Source of the DNA: an uncultured Bdellovibrionales bacterium
Lineage (GTDB): Bacteria > Patescibacteriota > Minisyncoccia > Moranbacterales > UBA1568
NCBI GenBank assembly: GCA_964530135.1
Contig: CAZGXN010000004.1
Coordinates: 15,983-79,982, forward strand
DNA length: 64,000 nucleotides
Reading direction: 5' to 3'
Shown: one piece after another, positions 9,401 to 19,499 of the stretch
Position numbering within the stretch: position 1 is the stretch's first letter
Layout: each line of letters starts with the position of its first letter
Made by a program: the position numbers and the translations under genes
Notes under the pieces: model-generated
What the model saw: the letters and a program-made list of their open reading frames with translations, nothing else
Told to the model about the DNA's origin: nothing
Database searches by the model: none

Positions 9401-10666
9401 ATGCGTCAATCTACTCTCTTCACGAAAACTTCCAAAACAGCTCCTTCGGACGAAGTGAGCCGGAATGCAGCCCTCCTTATTCGCGCGGGATTTGTCCATA
9501 AAGAAATGGCAGGTGTCTATGCGTATCTACCGCTCGGTTTGCGCGTCTTGGAAAAGATCAAATCAATTGTTCGAGATGAAATGAATCAACTGGGCTGTCA
9601 GGAACTCATCATGACGAGTCTCCAGCGTAAGGAGTTATGGGAGAAGACTGATCGTTGGGATGATGCGAATGTCGATGTTTGGTTCAAGTCAAAGTTGAAA
9701 AACGGTACGGAGGTTGGTTTTGGATGGTCACATGAGGAGCAGATTACCGAAATGATGAAAAACCATCTTTCGAGTTACCGTGATGTACCAATAGCGGTGT
9801 ATCAGTTTCAAACGAAACTGCGTAATGAGCTTCGAGCGAAGTCTGGTATCATGCGGGGCCGAGAGTTTGTGATGAAGGATCTCTATTCTTACAATGAAAA
9901 TGAAGTTGCACATCAGCAATTTTACACCGCTGTAACTCAGGCATATCTTCGGGTTTTTGACCGAGTTGGTTTGGGGGAAGTAACATTTCTCACCTTTGCC
10001 TCTGGCGGGGCATTTACGCAATTTAGTCACGAGTTTCAAACCCTCACTGATGCCGGTGAGGATGTCATCTACCTGCATCGAGAGAAAAAAATAGCGATCA
10101 ATGAAGAGGTGCTGAATGATGCCGTGCTTACTCAACTCGGTGTTGAGCGTGATCAGTTAGAGCGAGTCAAAGCAGCTGAGGTAGGTAATATTTTTAGTTT
10201 TGGGAGCACAAAAAGTGAACAACTCGGGTTGTATTTCAAAGACCAGGCGGGAGTCTCAAAACCGGTCATTCTTGGGTCTTACGGTATCGGGATCACTCGT
10301 CTTATGGGAGTGCTCGTTGAAATATTTTCAGATGATCGTGGTCTCGTGTGGCCAAAATCAGTGGCACCATTTCAGGTCCATCTTCTCTCTCTTGGTGCTG
10401 ACGAAAAAGCAGCTGAGGTTTATGCTGCCTTGGTTCGGGAAGGTATCGACGTTCTTTACGACGATCGGGATGCGAGTGTCGGCGAAAAATTTGCTACGGC
10501 TGATCTACTTGGTATTCCCTGCCGAATTGCGATTGGCAAGCGTTCGCTGGAGAGCGGTCTGGCTGAGGTAAAAATGCGGACGGAGGAAACATCACAGATG
10601 GTAGCTTTTCATCAACTAGGTACTCTGATACGAGAACAGTATGCCGACAAAACAGTATCCCGCTAG
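9401..10666 (+). CDS. proS: prolyl-tRNA synthetase (short form, no editing domain)
   Basis: Class II aaRS with a ProRS-like N-terminus (RQSTLFTKTSKTAPSDEVSRNAALLIRAGFV, GVYAYLPLGLRVLEKI). The anticodon-binding domain is C-terminal. Confidence 0.85.
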   Translation: MRQSTLFTKTSKTAPSDEVSRNAALLIRAGFVHKEMAGVYAYLPLGLRVLEKIKSIVRDEMNQLGCQELIMTSLQRKELWEKTDRWDDANVDVWFKSKLKNGTEVGFGWSHEEQITEMMKNHLSSYRDVPIAVYQFQTKLRNELRAKSGIMRGREFVMKDLYSYNENEVAHQQFYTAVTQAYLRVFDRVGLGEVTFLTFASGGAFTQFSHEFQTLTDAGEDVIYLHREKKIAINEEVLNDAVLTQLGVERDQLERVKAAEVGNIFSFGSTKSEQLGLYFKDQAGVSKPVILGSYGIGITRLMGVLVEIFSDDRGLVWPKSVAPFQVHLLSLGADEKAAEVYAALVREGIDVLYDDRDASVGEKFATADLLGIPCRIAIGKRSLESGLAEVKMRTEETSQMVAFHQLGTLIREQYADKTVSR

Positions 10667-11369
10667 GTCGCCAAAGCGGAAAGAGCGGATTATTATTTCG
10701 CTGGGGGGCTCATTGCTCGTCCCAGAGTCGATTGATGTTGAATTTATTACACATTTTAAAAAGTTTATTACGGAGCATATCAAGCAAGGGTATCATTTTA
10801 TCCTTGTAACCGGCGGTGGAAAGACCGCTCGAAAATATATTGAAGCAGCAACGACCGTGACAAAGATCAACGATGAAGACAAAGATTGGATTGGCATCCA
10901 TGCTACTCGTATGAATGCCCATCTTGTTCGGACCATTTTTCGCGAATATGCCCACCCTAAAATCAATACAAATCCACATGATCTAGAAGATTTTTATTCG
11001 GCACCGGAGCCGATCTTGGTTGCGGCCGGTTGGCGACCAGGCTTTTCGACGGATTTCGATGCGGTTGTTTTGGGTAAGTATCTTGATGTAAAGCGTATTG
11101 TCAATCTTTCAAACATCGAACGCGTTTATGACAAAGATCCGCGATTGCACGCAGATGCAGTACCATTTGACACACTGAGCTGGAAAGCCTTTCGGACAGT
11201 TGTTGGGCATAAGTGGAATCCGGGTATGAATGTCCCTTTTGATCCGATTGCGTCTGCTCTGGCAGAGAAAGAAGGTATGGAAGTGGCCATTCTCCATGGC
11301 GGCGATCTTGCAAATGTAACGCGGTATATCGCTGGCAAACAATTCGTCGGGACGCTCATCAAAAACTAA
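10641..11369 (+). CDS. pyrH: amino-acid-kinase family protein, archaeal-type UMP kinase-like
   Basis: RIIISLGGSLL and ILVTGGGKTARKY motifs are typical of archaeal-type uridylate kinase. The gene overlaps the proS end by 26 nt. Confidence 0.55.
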   Translation: MPTKQYPARSPKRKERIIISLGGSLLVPESIDVEFITHFKKFITEHIKQGYHFILVTGGGKTARKYIEAATTVTKINDEDKDWIGIHATRMNAHLVRTIFREYAHPKINTNPHDLEDFYSAPEPILVAAGWRPGFSTDFDAVVLGKYLDVKRIVNLSNIERVYDKDPRLHADAVPFDTLSWKAFRTVVGHKWNPGMNVPFDPIASALAEKEGMEVAILHGGDLANVTRYIAGKQFVGTLIKN

Positions 11370-11370
11370 T

Positions 11371-12330
11371 ATGGGGGTGGAAAAGGTTCTCATTGCTGAG
11401 CCACATGGATTTTGTGCCGGTGTTGCACGGGCAGTGAAAGCCGTCGAGGACACACTCGCGCTGTGTGGACCACCTGTTTATGTAAAGCATGAAATCGTCC
11501 ATAATAAGCATGTCGTTAATGATATTACGAAAAAAGGTGCCATCACGGTCGAGCATCTTTCGGAAGTACCGAACGGGTCGGTGGTTATCTTTTCTGCTCA
11601 TGGTTCACCGCGCTCTCATTATGCCGAGGCGAAGCAGCGTCGCTTACAGCTGATAGACGCCACTTGTCCGTTGGTGACGAAAGTCCATCTTGAGGTGTTG
11701 CGTTTTGTCAAAGAAGGATATCAGATTATCTACATCGGTCATCGGGGACATATCGAGGGAGTGGGTGTTTTGGGTGAAGTACCGGGGGTTGATATTCCTT
11801 TAGTTGAGACGGTCGCAGATGTCGCTGCTCTTGATATTCCGGCGGCTGAAAAAATGGTGTATCTGACCCAGACAACGCTTGCGGTAGATGAAACGCGCAC
11901 AATTATTGCTGCACTTCAAGAAAAATATCCGCATATTATTGCTCCGCCTTTGGAGGATATTTGCTATGCGACAACGAATCGTCAGGAAGCTGTTCGCCAA
12001 CTTGCCCAGATAGCCCCAGTCGTTATTGTGGTTGGTTCACCCACATCATCCAATTCCAATCGTCTGCGTGAAACAGCTGAGCGTTCCGGCGCTCGGGCGT
12101 ATCTCGTTGATGATGTGAGTGAGCTCAATCCAGATTGGTTTACGGATGTTCGAGTGGTTGGTGTTACGGGTGGTGCGAGTGCGCCGGAATATCGGATGCA
12201 AGAAATTGTTACCTTTTTTCATAACCAAGGGGCTCAGGTTGAACACTTTTCTGTGCGGAAGGAAACCTTGTTTTTTTCCGAACCGGTAGAACTTATGCAG
12301 ATTCGCCGTGAACGGACACTTTCTGTATGA
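11371..12330 (+). CDS. ispH: 4-hydroxy-3-methylbut-2-enyl diphosphate reductase
   Basis: IspH/LytB signature AEPHGFCAGVARAV and conserved Cys/His positions. Confidence 0.85.
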   Translation: MGVEKVLIAEPHGFCAGVARAVKAVEDTLALCGPPVYVKHEIVHNKHVVNDITKKGAITVEHLSEVPNGSVVIFSAHGSPRSHYAEAKQRRLQLIDATCPLVTKVHLEVLRFVKEGYQIIYIGHRGHIEGVGVLGEVPGVDIPLVETVADVAALDIPAAEKMVYLTQTTLAVDETRTIIAALQEKYPHIIAPPLEDICYATTNRQEAVRQLAQIAPVVIVVGSPTSSNSNRLRETAERSGARAYLVDDVSELNPDWFTDVRVVGVTGGASAPEYRMQEIVTFFHNQGAQVEHFSVRKETLFFSEPVELMQIRRERTLSV

Positions 12331-13442
12331 AACTCGCTCTCCAAGTGAGTGATCTTGATCACACGCGTATTGACGGAACGCGGATCTATATCGCTGAACT
12401 CCTCAAGCGTTTTGGAGAAATCGCGCCCGAAACTGAGTTTTGGCTTTATCATAAGAACGCGTTTAACCCGGCTCTGGCTCCCCACGAGCGTTCGAATTAT
12501 GTAGAGCGCACGGTGCCATTTCCGTACGCGTGGATGCAAACTCGCTTTGCTTGGGAGATGTTTCAGCATCCGCCAGACCGACTTTTTCTCCCGATTCAGG
12601 CGGCGCCAATTTTCTTACCCCGTGGCCTACAGGTGACTGCTACGATTCATGATCTCGCTTTTCGACGATTTCCTGAGACTTTTCCGCGTCACCATCTTTG
12701 GAAACTTAACTTTATGCTTGAAACCGTGATTCGACAGGCCGATCGACTCATCGCTGTTTCTGCATCGACCAAGCGTGATCTCCTCGAATTTTTTCCCGAG
12801 ATTGAAGCGCAGCGTGTCAGGGTCATTCATCACGGTTTTGACGGGAATTTTTTTGGATCACCATTGGATCCCACTGATCTCTCGGTTCGACTGCATTCCT
12901 TTGCCCTTCGTCCTAAAACATATGTCCTTTCGGTCGGTGCACTGCAGCCAAGAAAAAATTTAGTTCGACTCATTGAGGCATTTGAAAAAGCAAAACGGAG
13001 CGCACCCGAGATGCGACTTGTATTGACGGGTGAACCAGCCTGGCTTTCTCAATCGATTTTTGCAGCGCGAGAAAAAAGCCGTTTCAGAGAGGATATTGTT
13101 TTTACGGGGAGTGTCGACTCGGCTGATCTCCGCGCCCTCTATCAGGGTGCGCGAGTATTTGCATTTCCATCACTGTATGAGGGTTTTGGGCTTCCGATTC
13201 TCGAAGCATTTGCAGCTGGAACACCCGTGCTCACGGGGGATAATTCTAGTTTGCGGGAGGTTGCAGGTGAGGGTGCGCTGTATGCTGATGTAACAAACCC
13301 TTCCGATATCAGTGAAAAACTTTATCAACTTTGGAGCGATGAGATACTCGGTCATGAGCTTCGAGGGTATGCGCAAAATGAGCTCAAGCGTTTTTCTTGG
13401 GATCAGACTGCAGCAAAAACCCTTGAAGCTATCATCGGTTAG
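12327..13442 (+). CDS. glycosyltransferase family 4 (GT1 fold)
   Basis: The EX7E region EGFGLPILEAFAAGTPVL is present. ATGA overlap with ispH. Confidence 0.8.
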   Translation: MKLALQVSDLDHTRIDGTRIYIAELLKRFGEIAPETEFWLYHKNAFNPALAPHERSNYVERTVPFPYAWMQTRFAWEMFQHPPDRLFLPIQAAPIFLPRGLQVTATIHDLAFRRFPETFPRHHLWKLNFMLETVIRQADRLIAVSASTKRDLLEFFPEIEAQRVRVIHHGFDGNFFGSPLDPTDLSVRLHSFALRPKTYVLSVGALQPRKNLVRLIEAFEKAKRSAPEMRLVLTGEPAWLSQSIFAAREKSRFREDIVFTGSVDSADLRALYQGARVFAFPSLYEGFGLPILEAFAAGTPVLTGDNSSLREVAGEGALYADVTNPSDISEKLYQLWSDEILGHELRGYAQNELKRFSWDQTAAKTLEAIIG

Positions 13443-13855
13443 CGGGTGTGTCGGAACAGGGTGAAAAAAAGCCATCCGATAGACAGGTAGCCACCGAGAA
13501 TAATTGGGATGCTCCACCCAGGGAACCGGTATTGAGCAAATGTAAGAATACCCAATCCAACAATACCGCAGAGGGTGAGGAGTGGTCGGTAGTTACTTTT
13601 TTCTAGAGCATTTTCTGTTCTGCCGAGGAGTCGACCAAGCCACACAAGGAGTGCAGTGAGGATTAAGAGTAAGAGAGAGAACTTTACTAATGAAAGCCGA
13701 GCGCTTACAAAAGTGGGGAGGAGTATCTCCATGGCCACGAGGCCGGTGAAAGTAATCCAGCCAACCAGTACCACATCGAAAAGGAGATTGGCAATGATTG
13801 CGAGTGAGCCGTTTGCTTTACAGCGCTTGAGAAAGTTGTTGAGTGAGGTATACAT
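13439..13855 (-). CDS. small membrane protein, hypothetical
   Basis: 138 aa with 3-4 predicted TM helices. It is the last gene of a minus-strand operon. Confidence 0.45.
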   Translation of the reverse strand: MYTSLNNFLKRCKANGSLAIIANLLFDVVLVGWITFTGLVAMEILLPTFVSARLSLVKFSLLLLILTALLVWLGRLLGRTENALEKSNYRPLLTLCGIVGLGILTFAQYRFPGWSIPIILGGYLSIGWLFFTLFRHTR

Positions 13856-13861
13856 AAACAG

Positions 13862-15016
13862 CTAGCGTGGAGTAAGTCCAAAGCGTGTGAAGAGACGTTG
13901 TTTCACTTGTGCGAGCAGTGTTGTCATATTTGTTCGGTCGAGGCGTGTCTCAAAGGCGAGTGTGAGTGTGGCGATGTCGATATCGACCATGCTGCCAGAG
14001 AGTGTGATCTCGTAGTCCGGTCCGATGGAACTCTGAAGTGGATCGAGAGTGAGGGAACAGTGTAAAGATCGAGAGAAAAGTGTCGGAGTAGCCGTACAGT
14101 GAGTGCTTTGTGAATCGTTTGATTCAAGAGCGCGGATAGGTTGCATCTTTGAGAGGAGAAACGTTTGATAGTCGCCATCCATAACCGGCCGGCGATAGCC
14201 ATTTTCTATAATAAAAAGAGTGTTGCTTTTCTGATCTTGAAAAAGTGTCCCGTCGGGATGAGGAGTGCCCATAAGGACAATCCGACCGCGCCGATAGATA
14301 CCTATATCCTCCGCACTGACAGGGATCACATCCTCGAAGCGATAGCCGAGCGCGAGAAAAATTTCAGCACTCCCAATCGGCCGTATTTCCGTCTCGCTGG
14401 ATACGACATAGATACCGTCAGCAAAGGAGAGAAGGCTGCCGACACGGAATCCAATAAATTCATTTGAGCGAGTGTACTGATTCTTCCAGTCGAGTGATCG
14501 GGGTTGGGCGAGTGAATTTGGATAGCGCGAAAAGAAAGCGGCCGGACTCACAAAGGGGTATAGTGTGCCAGCCCGAAGGGCATAGTAGGTCGTACCGATC
14601 TGATACAGTTCGGCAGCGGGGAAGTGCGCCACTGGTTCACCCAGAGGGAAGCGATAGGCCCGATACGATCTTTGAAGCGTGATGTCAAGGGTGTCTGGTA
14701 TGGCCGACGTTTTTTCTAGGTCGAGTGTGATAGAAAGCTGTGAAAAGTCTCCGAGCGGACTAGTGGACGCGATTAATTGGCCCGCTTGTTCCACCTTTCC
14801 ATTTGTCCGGGGTATGGATTTTTCAGAACGAGGGTCGAAGATTTTGTTTTTGCTTGATTGTGGATTGCGGAAATCAAAACTCATTGTTTGGGTGGGGAAG
14901 AGGAAGGTAGAGGCCAGTGCCACTCCAGCGAACATGAGGCTGAGAGCCAGTGCCATGCGGAATTTCCGGTAGCGGGATTGGAGCGATAGGGGAATGGGCG
15001 TAAAGGGCGGTTGCAT
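13862..15016 (-). CDS. hypothetical protein with N-terminal membrane anchor
   Basis: 384 aa with a hydrophobic N-terminus (ALALSLMFAGVALASTFLF). No recognisable motif. Confidence 0.45.
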   Translation of the reverse strand: MQPPFTPIPLSLQSRYRKFRMALALSLMFAGVALASTFLFPTQTMSFDFRNPQSSKNKIFDPRSEKSIPRTNGKVEQAGQLIASTSPLGDFSQLSITLDLEKTSAIPDTLDITLQRSYRAYRFPLGEPVAHFPAAELYQIGTTYYALRAGTLYPFVSPAAFFSRYPNSLAQPRSLDWKNQYTRSNEFIGFRVGSLLSFADGIYVVSSETEIRPIGSAEIFLALGYRFEDVIPVSAEDIGIYRRGRIVLMGTPHPDGTLFQDQKSNTLFIIENGYRRPVMDGDYQTFLLSKMQPIRALESNDSQSTHCTATPTLFSRSLHCSLTLDPLQSSIGPDYEITLSGSMVDIDIATLTLAFETRLDRTNMTTLLAQVKQRLFTRFGLTPR

Positions 15017-15023
15017 ATAGTAC

Positions 15024-16763
15024 CTAAGGGGTTACTTCAAAGAGAAGGGCATCACTCTTTACGATGGATGTTTCTGGCCAAGCGAATGCTGATGGGACAA
15101 TCAGGGTTGGGGAGGAGAATGAAATAACATCTCTTGGAATGAGGCGGGTGTCAAAGACTTCTGCATAGCGACTGAGACTCTCCGCGGTTGTGAGGAGATA
15201 GGTGTGTTCAAAGGCATGACGATCAATGCGCGAATAGTCCTCGGGATTGAAAAAATAAACAGCGTTTTTCCCGTCGAGGGTGGCGAGTGGTCCAGTGATC
15301 ATCGCAAATGGATCACCGGTAGATCCGCGATCGATAAGAATCAAATCACGGTCGCCAAACTGTTGACCCAGGCTGAGTGTTTGTTCATAGAGCGTCTGAT
15401 ACTCGACGGTTTTGAGTGCTTGAAAACTGGGGGGTATTTGAAAAATGAATAGGAAACTGAAACAGACGGCAGCAAAGAGTTTTTTCTGGCCATCTCCGAG
15501 TTTCGTTTCGAGAGAGTCCCAGAGAACGACAGTCGCGAGGAGGAAAAGAGGAAAGAGGGTAAATGCATAGCGACGCAGGAGCCAGGGATGGTCGTCGGAG
15601 ATATGTCCATTGAGGAGATAGATGAGTGTCGGAGCTGCTAAGAGGATTGGAATAATAAGTCTGGTCCGGCGTTGCATAACCTCGAATATAAGAGCGGCGA
15701 TACCAAGAACAAAAAGAGGAAAAAGACCATAAGAAATGAGGATTGGTCCCAGATTTGGTTCGGTTCCAGCGCTGGTTCCGGCACTCAGTGTATGCCAGTA
15801 TTTGAGCGCAGCTTTTCCGAGCGTGGTATAAAATGGCAGATTCATGAAGAAGTCGCGAAGGAAGAGAAAGCTCAGAAAAAGAAGAGTTGGGACCGTCCAT
15901 TTCTTTGGGAGACGCAGAAGGTGATTTCGGAGCGTTGGTCGATAGAGAATGTAGGCGAGTGCGAGTGGGGCAATGACAAAGCCTTCGATGCGTGTGAGTG
16001 CAAGGAGGAATCCTGTAACAAGGAGAGCAGGAAGGAAGTGTGCATCGTTGTCCTGATGAAAATAGACCAGAGCAACCACCAGCGAGAGGAAAAGAAACAG
16101 TGCGAGATTTTCCGTGAGAGTGATTTGGGTGAGCCAGACTATAATGAAAGAGGTGGCGAAAAGAATAGTTCCGAGGAGAGCATTGCGGCGACTGACAAAA
16201 AGTGTAAGTAATTCAAAAAAAGTCCAGCCGGAGAGAATGAAAAGGAGGGCATTGGCGATGAGGAGGCCTGTAGGACCAAACCAGCTTGTGAAGATGCCGA
16301 GATAGGCAATATAGCCGAGAGGGAACTGCGTAATGAGCGCGCCAGTATCGGTGTAGCTGAACCCGGGAAAGTTTAGTGCTCGGCCAGGGCCATACACCGC
16401 AAAGAAGGCATCGGAAACCGGAGTCCGAAAAGCCAGCTCGTGTTGCGCTGCGAGCTCAAGACTAGCCAGAGCGATTGATCCCTGATCGCGACCGGTAAAG
16501 ACAGTCGGCTCTGTTCTGATTGCGATGAATATCGCCCCGAGAGTGAGCACACCGATCAGAATGAGTCGTAGTCGATCATGTTTCTGATAGAGCACGACGA
16601 GACTGAGGCCAATACCACCGAAGAGGAACACAGCAGCACATAAAGTTAATCCTGGAGAAAACCAACCAAAGAGTGCTAATGTGAGCGCGAGGGTGAGGGC
16701 GAGAACAAAGCCAGAGAGTGTGATGAGCCAGGGATTTTGATTCGTGAGGGAGGAGAATTGCAT
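15024..16763 (-). CDS. polytopic membrane protein, GT-C-like (ArnT/PMT-type) glycosyltransferase candidate
   Basis: 579 aa with more than 10 TM helices over the N-terminal two thirds and a soluble C-terminal domain. This architecture is typical of GT39/GT83 enzymes. Confidence 0.45.
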   Translation of the reverse strand: MQFSSLTNQNPWLITLSGFVLALTLALTLALFGWFSPGLTLCAAVFLFGGIGLSLVVLYQKHDRLRLILIGVLTLGAIFIAIRTEPTVFTGRDQGSIALASLELAAQHELAFRTPVSDAFFAVYGPGRALNFPGFSYTDTGALITQFPLGYIAYLGIFTSWFGPTGLLIANALLFILSGWTFFELLTLFVSRRNALLGTILFATSFIIVWLTQITLTENLALFLFLSLVVALVYFHQDNDAHFLPALLVTGFLLALTRIEGFVIAPLALAYILYRPTLRNHLLRLPKKWTVPTLLFLSFLFLRDFFMNLPFYTTLGKAALKYWHTLSAGTSAGTEPNLGPILISYGLFPLFVLGIAALIFEVMQRRTRLIIPILLAAPTLIYLLNGHISDDHPWLLRRYAFTLFPLFLLATVVLWDSLETKLGDGQKKLFAAVCFSFLFIFQIPPSFQALKTVEYQTLYEQTLSLGQQFGDRDLILIDRGSTGDPFAMITGPLATLDGKNAVYFFNPEDYSRIDRHAFEHTYLLTTAESLSRYAEVFDTRLIPRDVISFSSPTLIVPSAFAWPETSIVKSDALLFEVTP

Positions 16764-16865
16764 AGTAGTCTCAGTATACGCAAAAACTGGTCGGGATTCA
16801 ATTTACGAAAGGCGGGCCAGACGGTACAATAAAGGAAATAATAGAAATATCAAACGCGCTCCAAG

Positions 16866-19319
16866 ATGAATTTTTTTCTGTGGTATTACACAATCGGTAT
16901 CCTTTCGATATCGCGGATTGCGGTGAATTATGTGCGCTATGTATTGCACCGGTTCAATGTTGCTGGACTTTCACGGACTCTGATTTCACCCTGGAAGCGT
17001 GATATCAGTTTTAATACTTGGCGTGGCTTTCATCCGGTTCTTTTTGCTCAGGCGCTCTTGAATAACATCATCACACGCATTTTGGGCGCGCTGGTTCGCT
17101 CAGTGGTACTTATCTGGGGTTTTGGGGCGATTGTGCTCATGGTTTTTGGGGTGTTGGGACTTTCATTATTTACAGTATTCGCTCCTCTATTACTCATTGG
17201 CGGCAGCGTGGTAGTCGGCTGGATTTTCGGAACGCTGGTTGGTATCATCACTTTTATTAGTGCACTCGGTGTAGTCATCGTTGCGGTTTTTGCTTGGCAG
17301 GCATCACTGCGTGATCAGACAAACTACAATAGCCAAGAGCCGGAACATGCACCTTGGCGTGATCGAGCATTGCAACGGCTTGGCCTGAATCCGAAATCGG
17401 TTGATATTGAAACGATTGCTCTCCCAGAAAAACGTGAGATTTTTCTTTTGGCTCAGCGGATTGCCCCTGAACTTTTTGAGGAAGCTTGGGATATTGAAGC
17501 AGCCGCTTTTAACGATCAGAAACAGGCGGCGCGTTTCTGGGAATGGGAACATCTCCGGAAAGCCACGCGGATCGGTAAGTATTGGGCTTATGCATATACG
17601 CCACACCTTGATCATTATGTGCATGATTTGTCGGAGCACGATTTCAGCCACTATCGGGACCAGGTATGCATCGGCCGTGAGAAAGTGATGGAAATGCTGA
17701 CGCTCACCCTATCCCGACCGACCGATAACTCAGTACTTTTAGTAGGTGATCCGGGTATCGGTAAACGCTCTATCATCCATGCGTTTGCCCGTCGGATTCG
17801 TGAAAATTATTTTACCGCCCCGATCATTGATGAGGCACGAATAGTTATTTTTGATCTCGGGCAGGTTATTTCAGATGCCCGAACACGCGGGATAGATCCA
17901 AAGGGTCTCTCGCGTGAACTCCTGAATGAAGCGGTGTATGCAGGCAATGTCGTTCTCGTCATTGAAAATATCAATTTTTTTCTTGATCCTGAAAATGATA
18001 TGGCTTTGGGGGATGTCTTGAATGAGTATTTGGCACTTCCCACCTGTCGGATTATCGGACTTATGACAAGTGAAGCCTACCATACACTTGGTCAACGCCA
18101 GATTCCGGCGCTCAAATATTTTGAGGCGGTTAGGGTGTCTGAACCAACAATCGAAGAAACACTAGTTATTCTTCTGGATACTTTTAAGACACTGGAACAA
18201 AAGCGACCAGTTTTCACATTGCAGGCATTGCGCGCCATTATTACGGGTGCCGAACGGTATAACTGGGAACTCCCATTTCCCGAGCGCGCCATTGACTTGG
18301 CCCAAGAGGTCCTTGTGTATTGGGAAAAACATCCTCATCTCGCTTCCATCGACCGCACGGTTGTCGAAGATTTTCTTGAAGAGAAGTCTGGTATTCCGAT
18401 GGGTGAAGCAAATGAAGAGGAACGCAAAAAGCTGCTCAATCTTGAAACATTGCTCCATGAGCGCGTAATCGGCCAAGAAGAAGCGATCAGACAGATGTCA
18501 GAAGCTTTTCGTAAAGCTCGGGCCGGCTTAGGGAATGATAAGAAGCCGATCGGCTCCTTTCTCTTCCTCGGCCCAACCGGTGTGGGGAAAACCGAAACAG
18601 CCAAGGCACTTGCTGCAGTGTATTTCGGTGCTGAGGAGCGCATGGTCCGGCTGGACATGAGTGAATTTCAGACACCCCAGTCAATTGATGAGCTTATCGG
18701 TTCAGCCGAAATGAATGTCCAAGGGCGGATGACAACACTTATCAAGGAGCATCCGTATTCTATCCTGCTTCTCGACGAGTTGGAAAAGGCCTACCCTCGG
18801 GCGCTCGATCTTTTTCTCCAGATTCTCGACGAGGGGTATGTGACAGATGGTTTTGGTCATAAGGTAAGTTTCCGGAATGCGATTATTATTGCGACCTCAA
18901 ATGCTGGTGCCAACCTCATTCATGAGGCGACGGGTGCGGGCCGATCAATGATTGAGATTGAGGGCGCGCTCATTGATTCCATCATTGCTCAAGGTATTTT
19001 TCGGCCAGAGTTTCTCAATCGTTTTGATGGTGTCATTGTGTTCAATGCGTTGACAGCTGAAGAAATGGAGCGCGTGACAGAATTGAAGCTCAAGTCCTTT
19101 GCTGACAGACTGTACCAAGAAAAGAAAATTCGACTCAGTTTTACACCTGAAGCGATCCGGACTATTGTGTCTCGGGGTTATGAGCGTGAGTTTGGTGCGC
19201 GTTCCATCAATCGTTATATTGCTGATGTTGTCGAAGATACGATCGTTAAACGACTACTCGAAGGAACGCTTGGCGAGGGGGCTGAACTGACTTTCACCGA
19301 AAATGATTTAGGTGAGTGA
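16866..19319 (+). CDS. membrane-anchored Clp/Hsp100-like AAA+ ATPase (degenerate D1, intact D2)
   Basis: Residues 1-140 contain about 4 TM helices. A D1-like region has the altered P-loop GDPGIGKRS. The C-terminal half is canonical ClpA/B D2: LFLGPTGVGKTETAKALA, sensor/arginine finger region, IIIATSNAG. Confidence 0.75.
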   Translation: MNFFLWYYTIGILSISRIAVNYVRYVLHRFNVAGLSRTLISPWKRDISFNTWRGFHPVLFAQALLNNIITRILGALVRSVVLIWGFGAIVLMVFGVLGLSLFTVFAPLLLIGGSVVVGWIFGTLVGIITFISALGVVIVAVFAWQASLRDQTNYNSQEPEHAPWRDRALQRLGLNPKSVDIETIALPEKREIFLLAQRIAPELFEEAWDIEAAAFNDQKQAARFWEWEHLRKATRIGKYWAYAYTPHLDHYVHDLSEHDFSHYRDQVCIGREKVMEMLTLTLSRPTDNSVLLVGDPGIGKRSIIHAFARRIRENYFTAPIIDEARIVIFDLGQVISDARTRGIDPKGLSRELLNEAVYAGNVVLVIENINFFLDPENDMALGDVLNEYLALPTCRIIGLMTSEAYHTLGQRQIPALKYFEAVRVSEPTIEETLVILLDTFKTLEQKRPVFTLQALRAIITGAERYNWELPFPERAIDLAQEVLVYWEKHPHLASIDRTVVEDFLEEKSGIPMGEANEEERKKLLNLETLLHERVIGQEEAIRQMSEAFRKARAGLGNDKKPIGSFLFLGPTGVGKTETAKALAAVYFGAEERMVRLDMSEFQTPQSIDELIGSAEMNVQGRMTTLIKEHPYSILLLDELEKAYPRALDLFLQILDEGYVTDGFGHKVSFRNAIIIATSNAGANLIHEATGAGRSMIEIEGALIDSIIAQGIFRPEFLNRFDGVIVFNALTAEEMERVTELKLKSFADRLYQEKKIRLSFTPEAIRTIVSRGYEREFGARSINRYIADVVEDTIVKRLLEGTLGEGAELTFTENDLGE

Positions 19320-19499
19320 TGAGACTTTGAATATAATTTCAACAACTCCCTTTTTTCCCTGACCGCTGTTACTTTTGGAACCGGAGATTCCTTGTACGGG
19401 GGTAGTACACCCCCGGGTGGTCAATTTCCTTTGAGGGGCTGAACATATCATTTGTAGGGAATTATGGGATTGGGAGCGGTGAGAAATGGAGGTGCTTGA

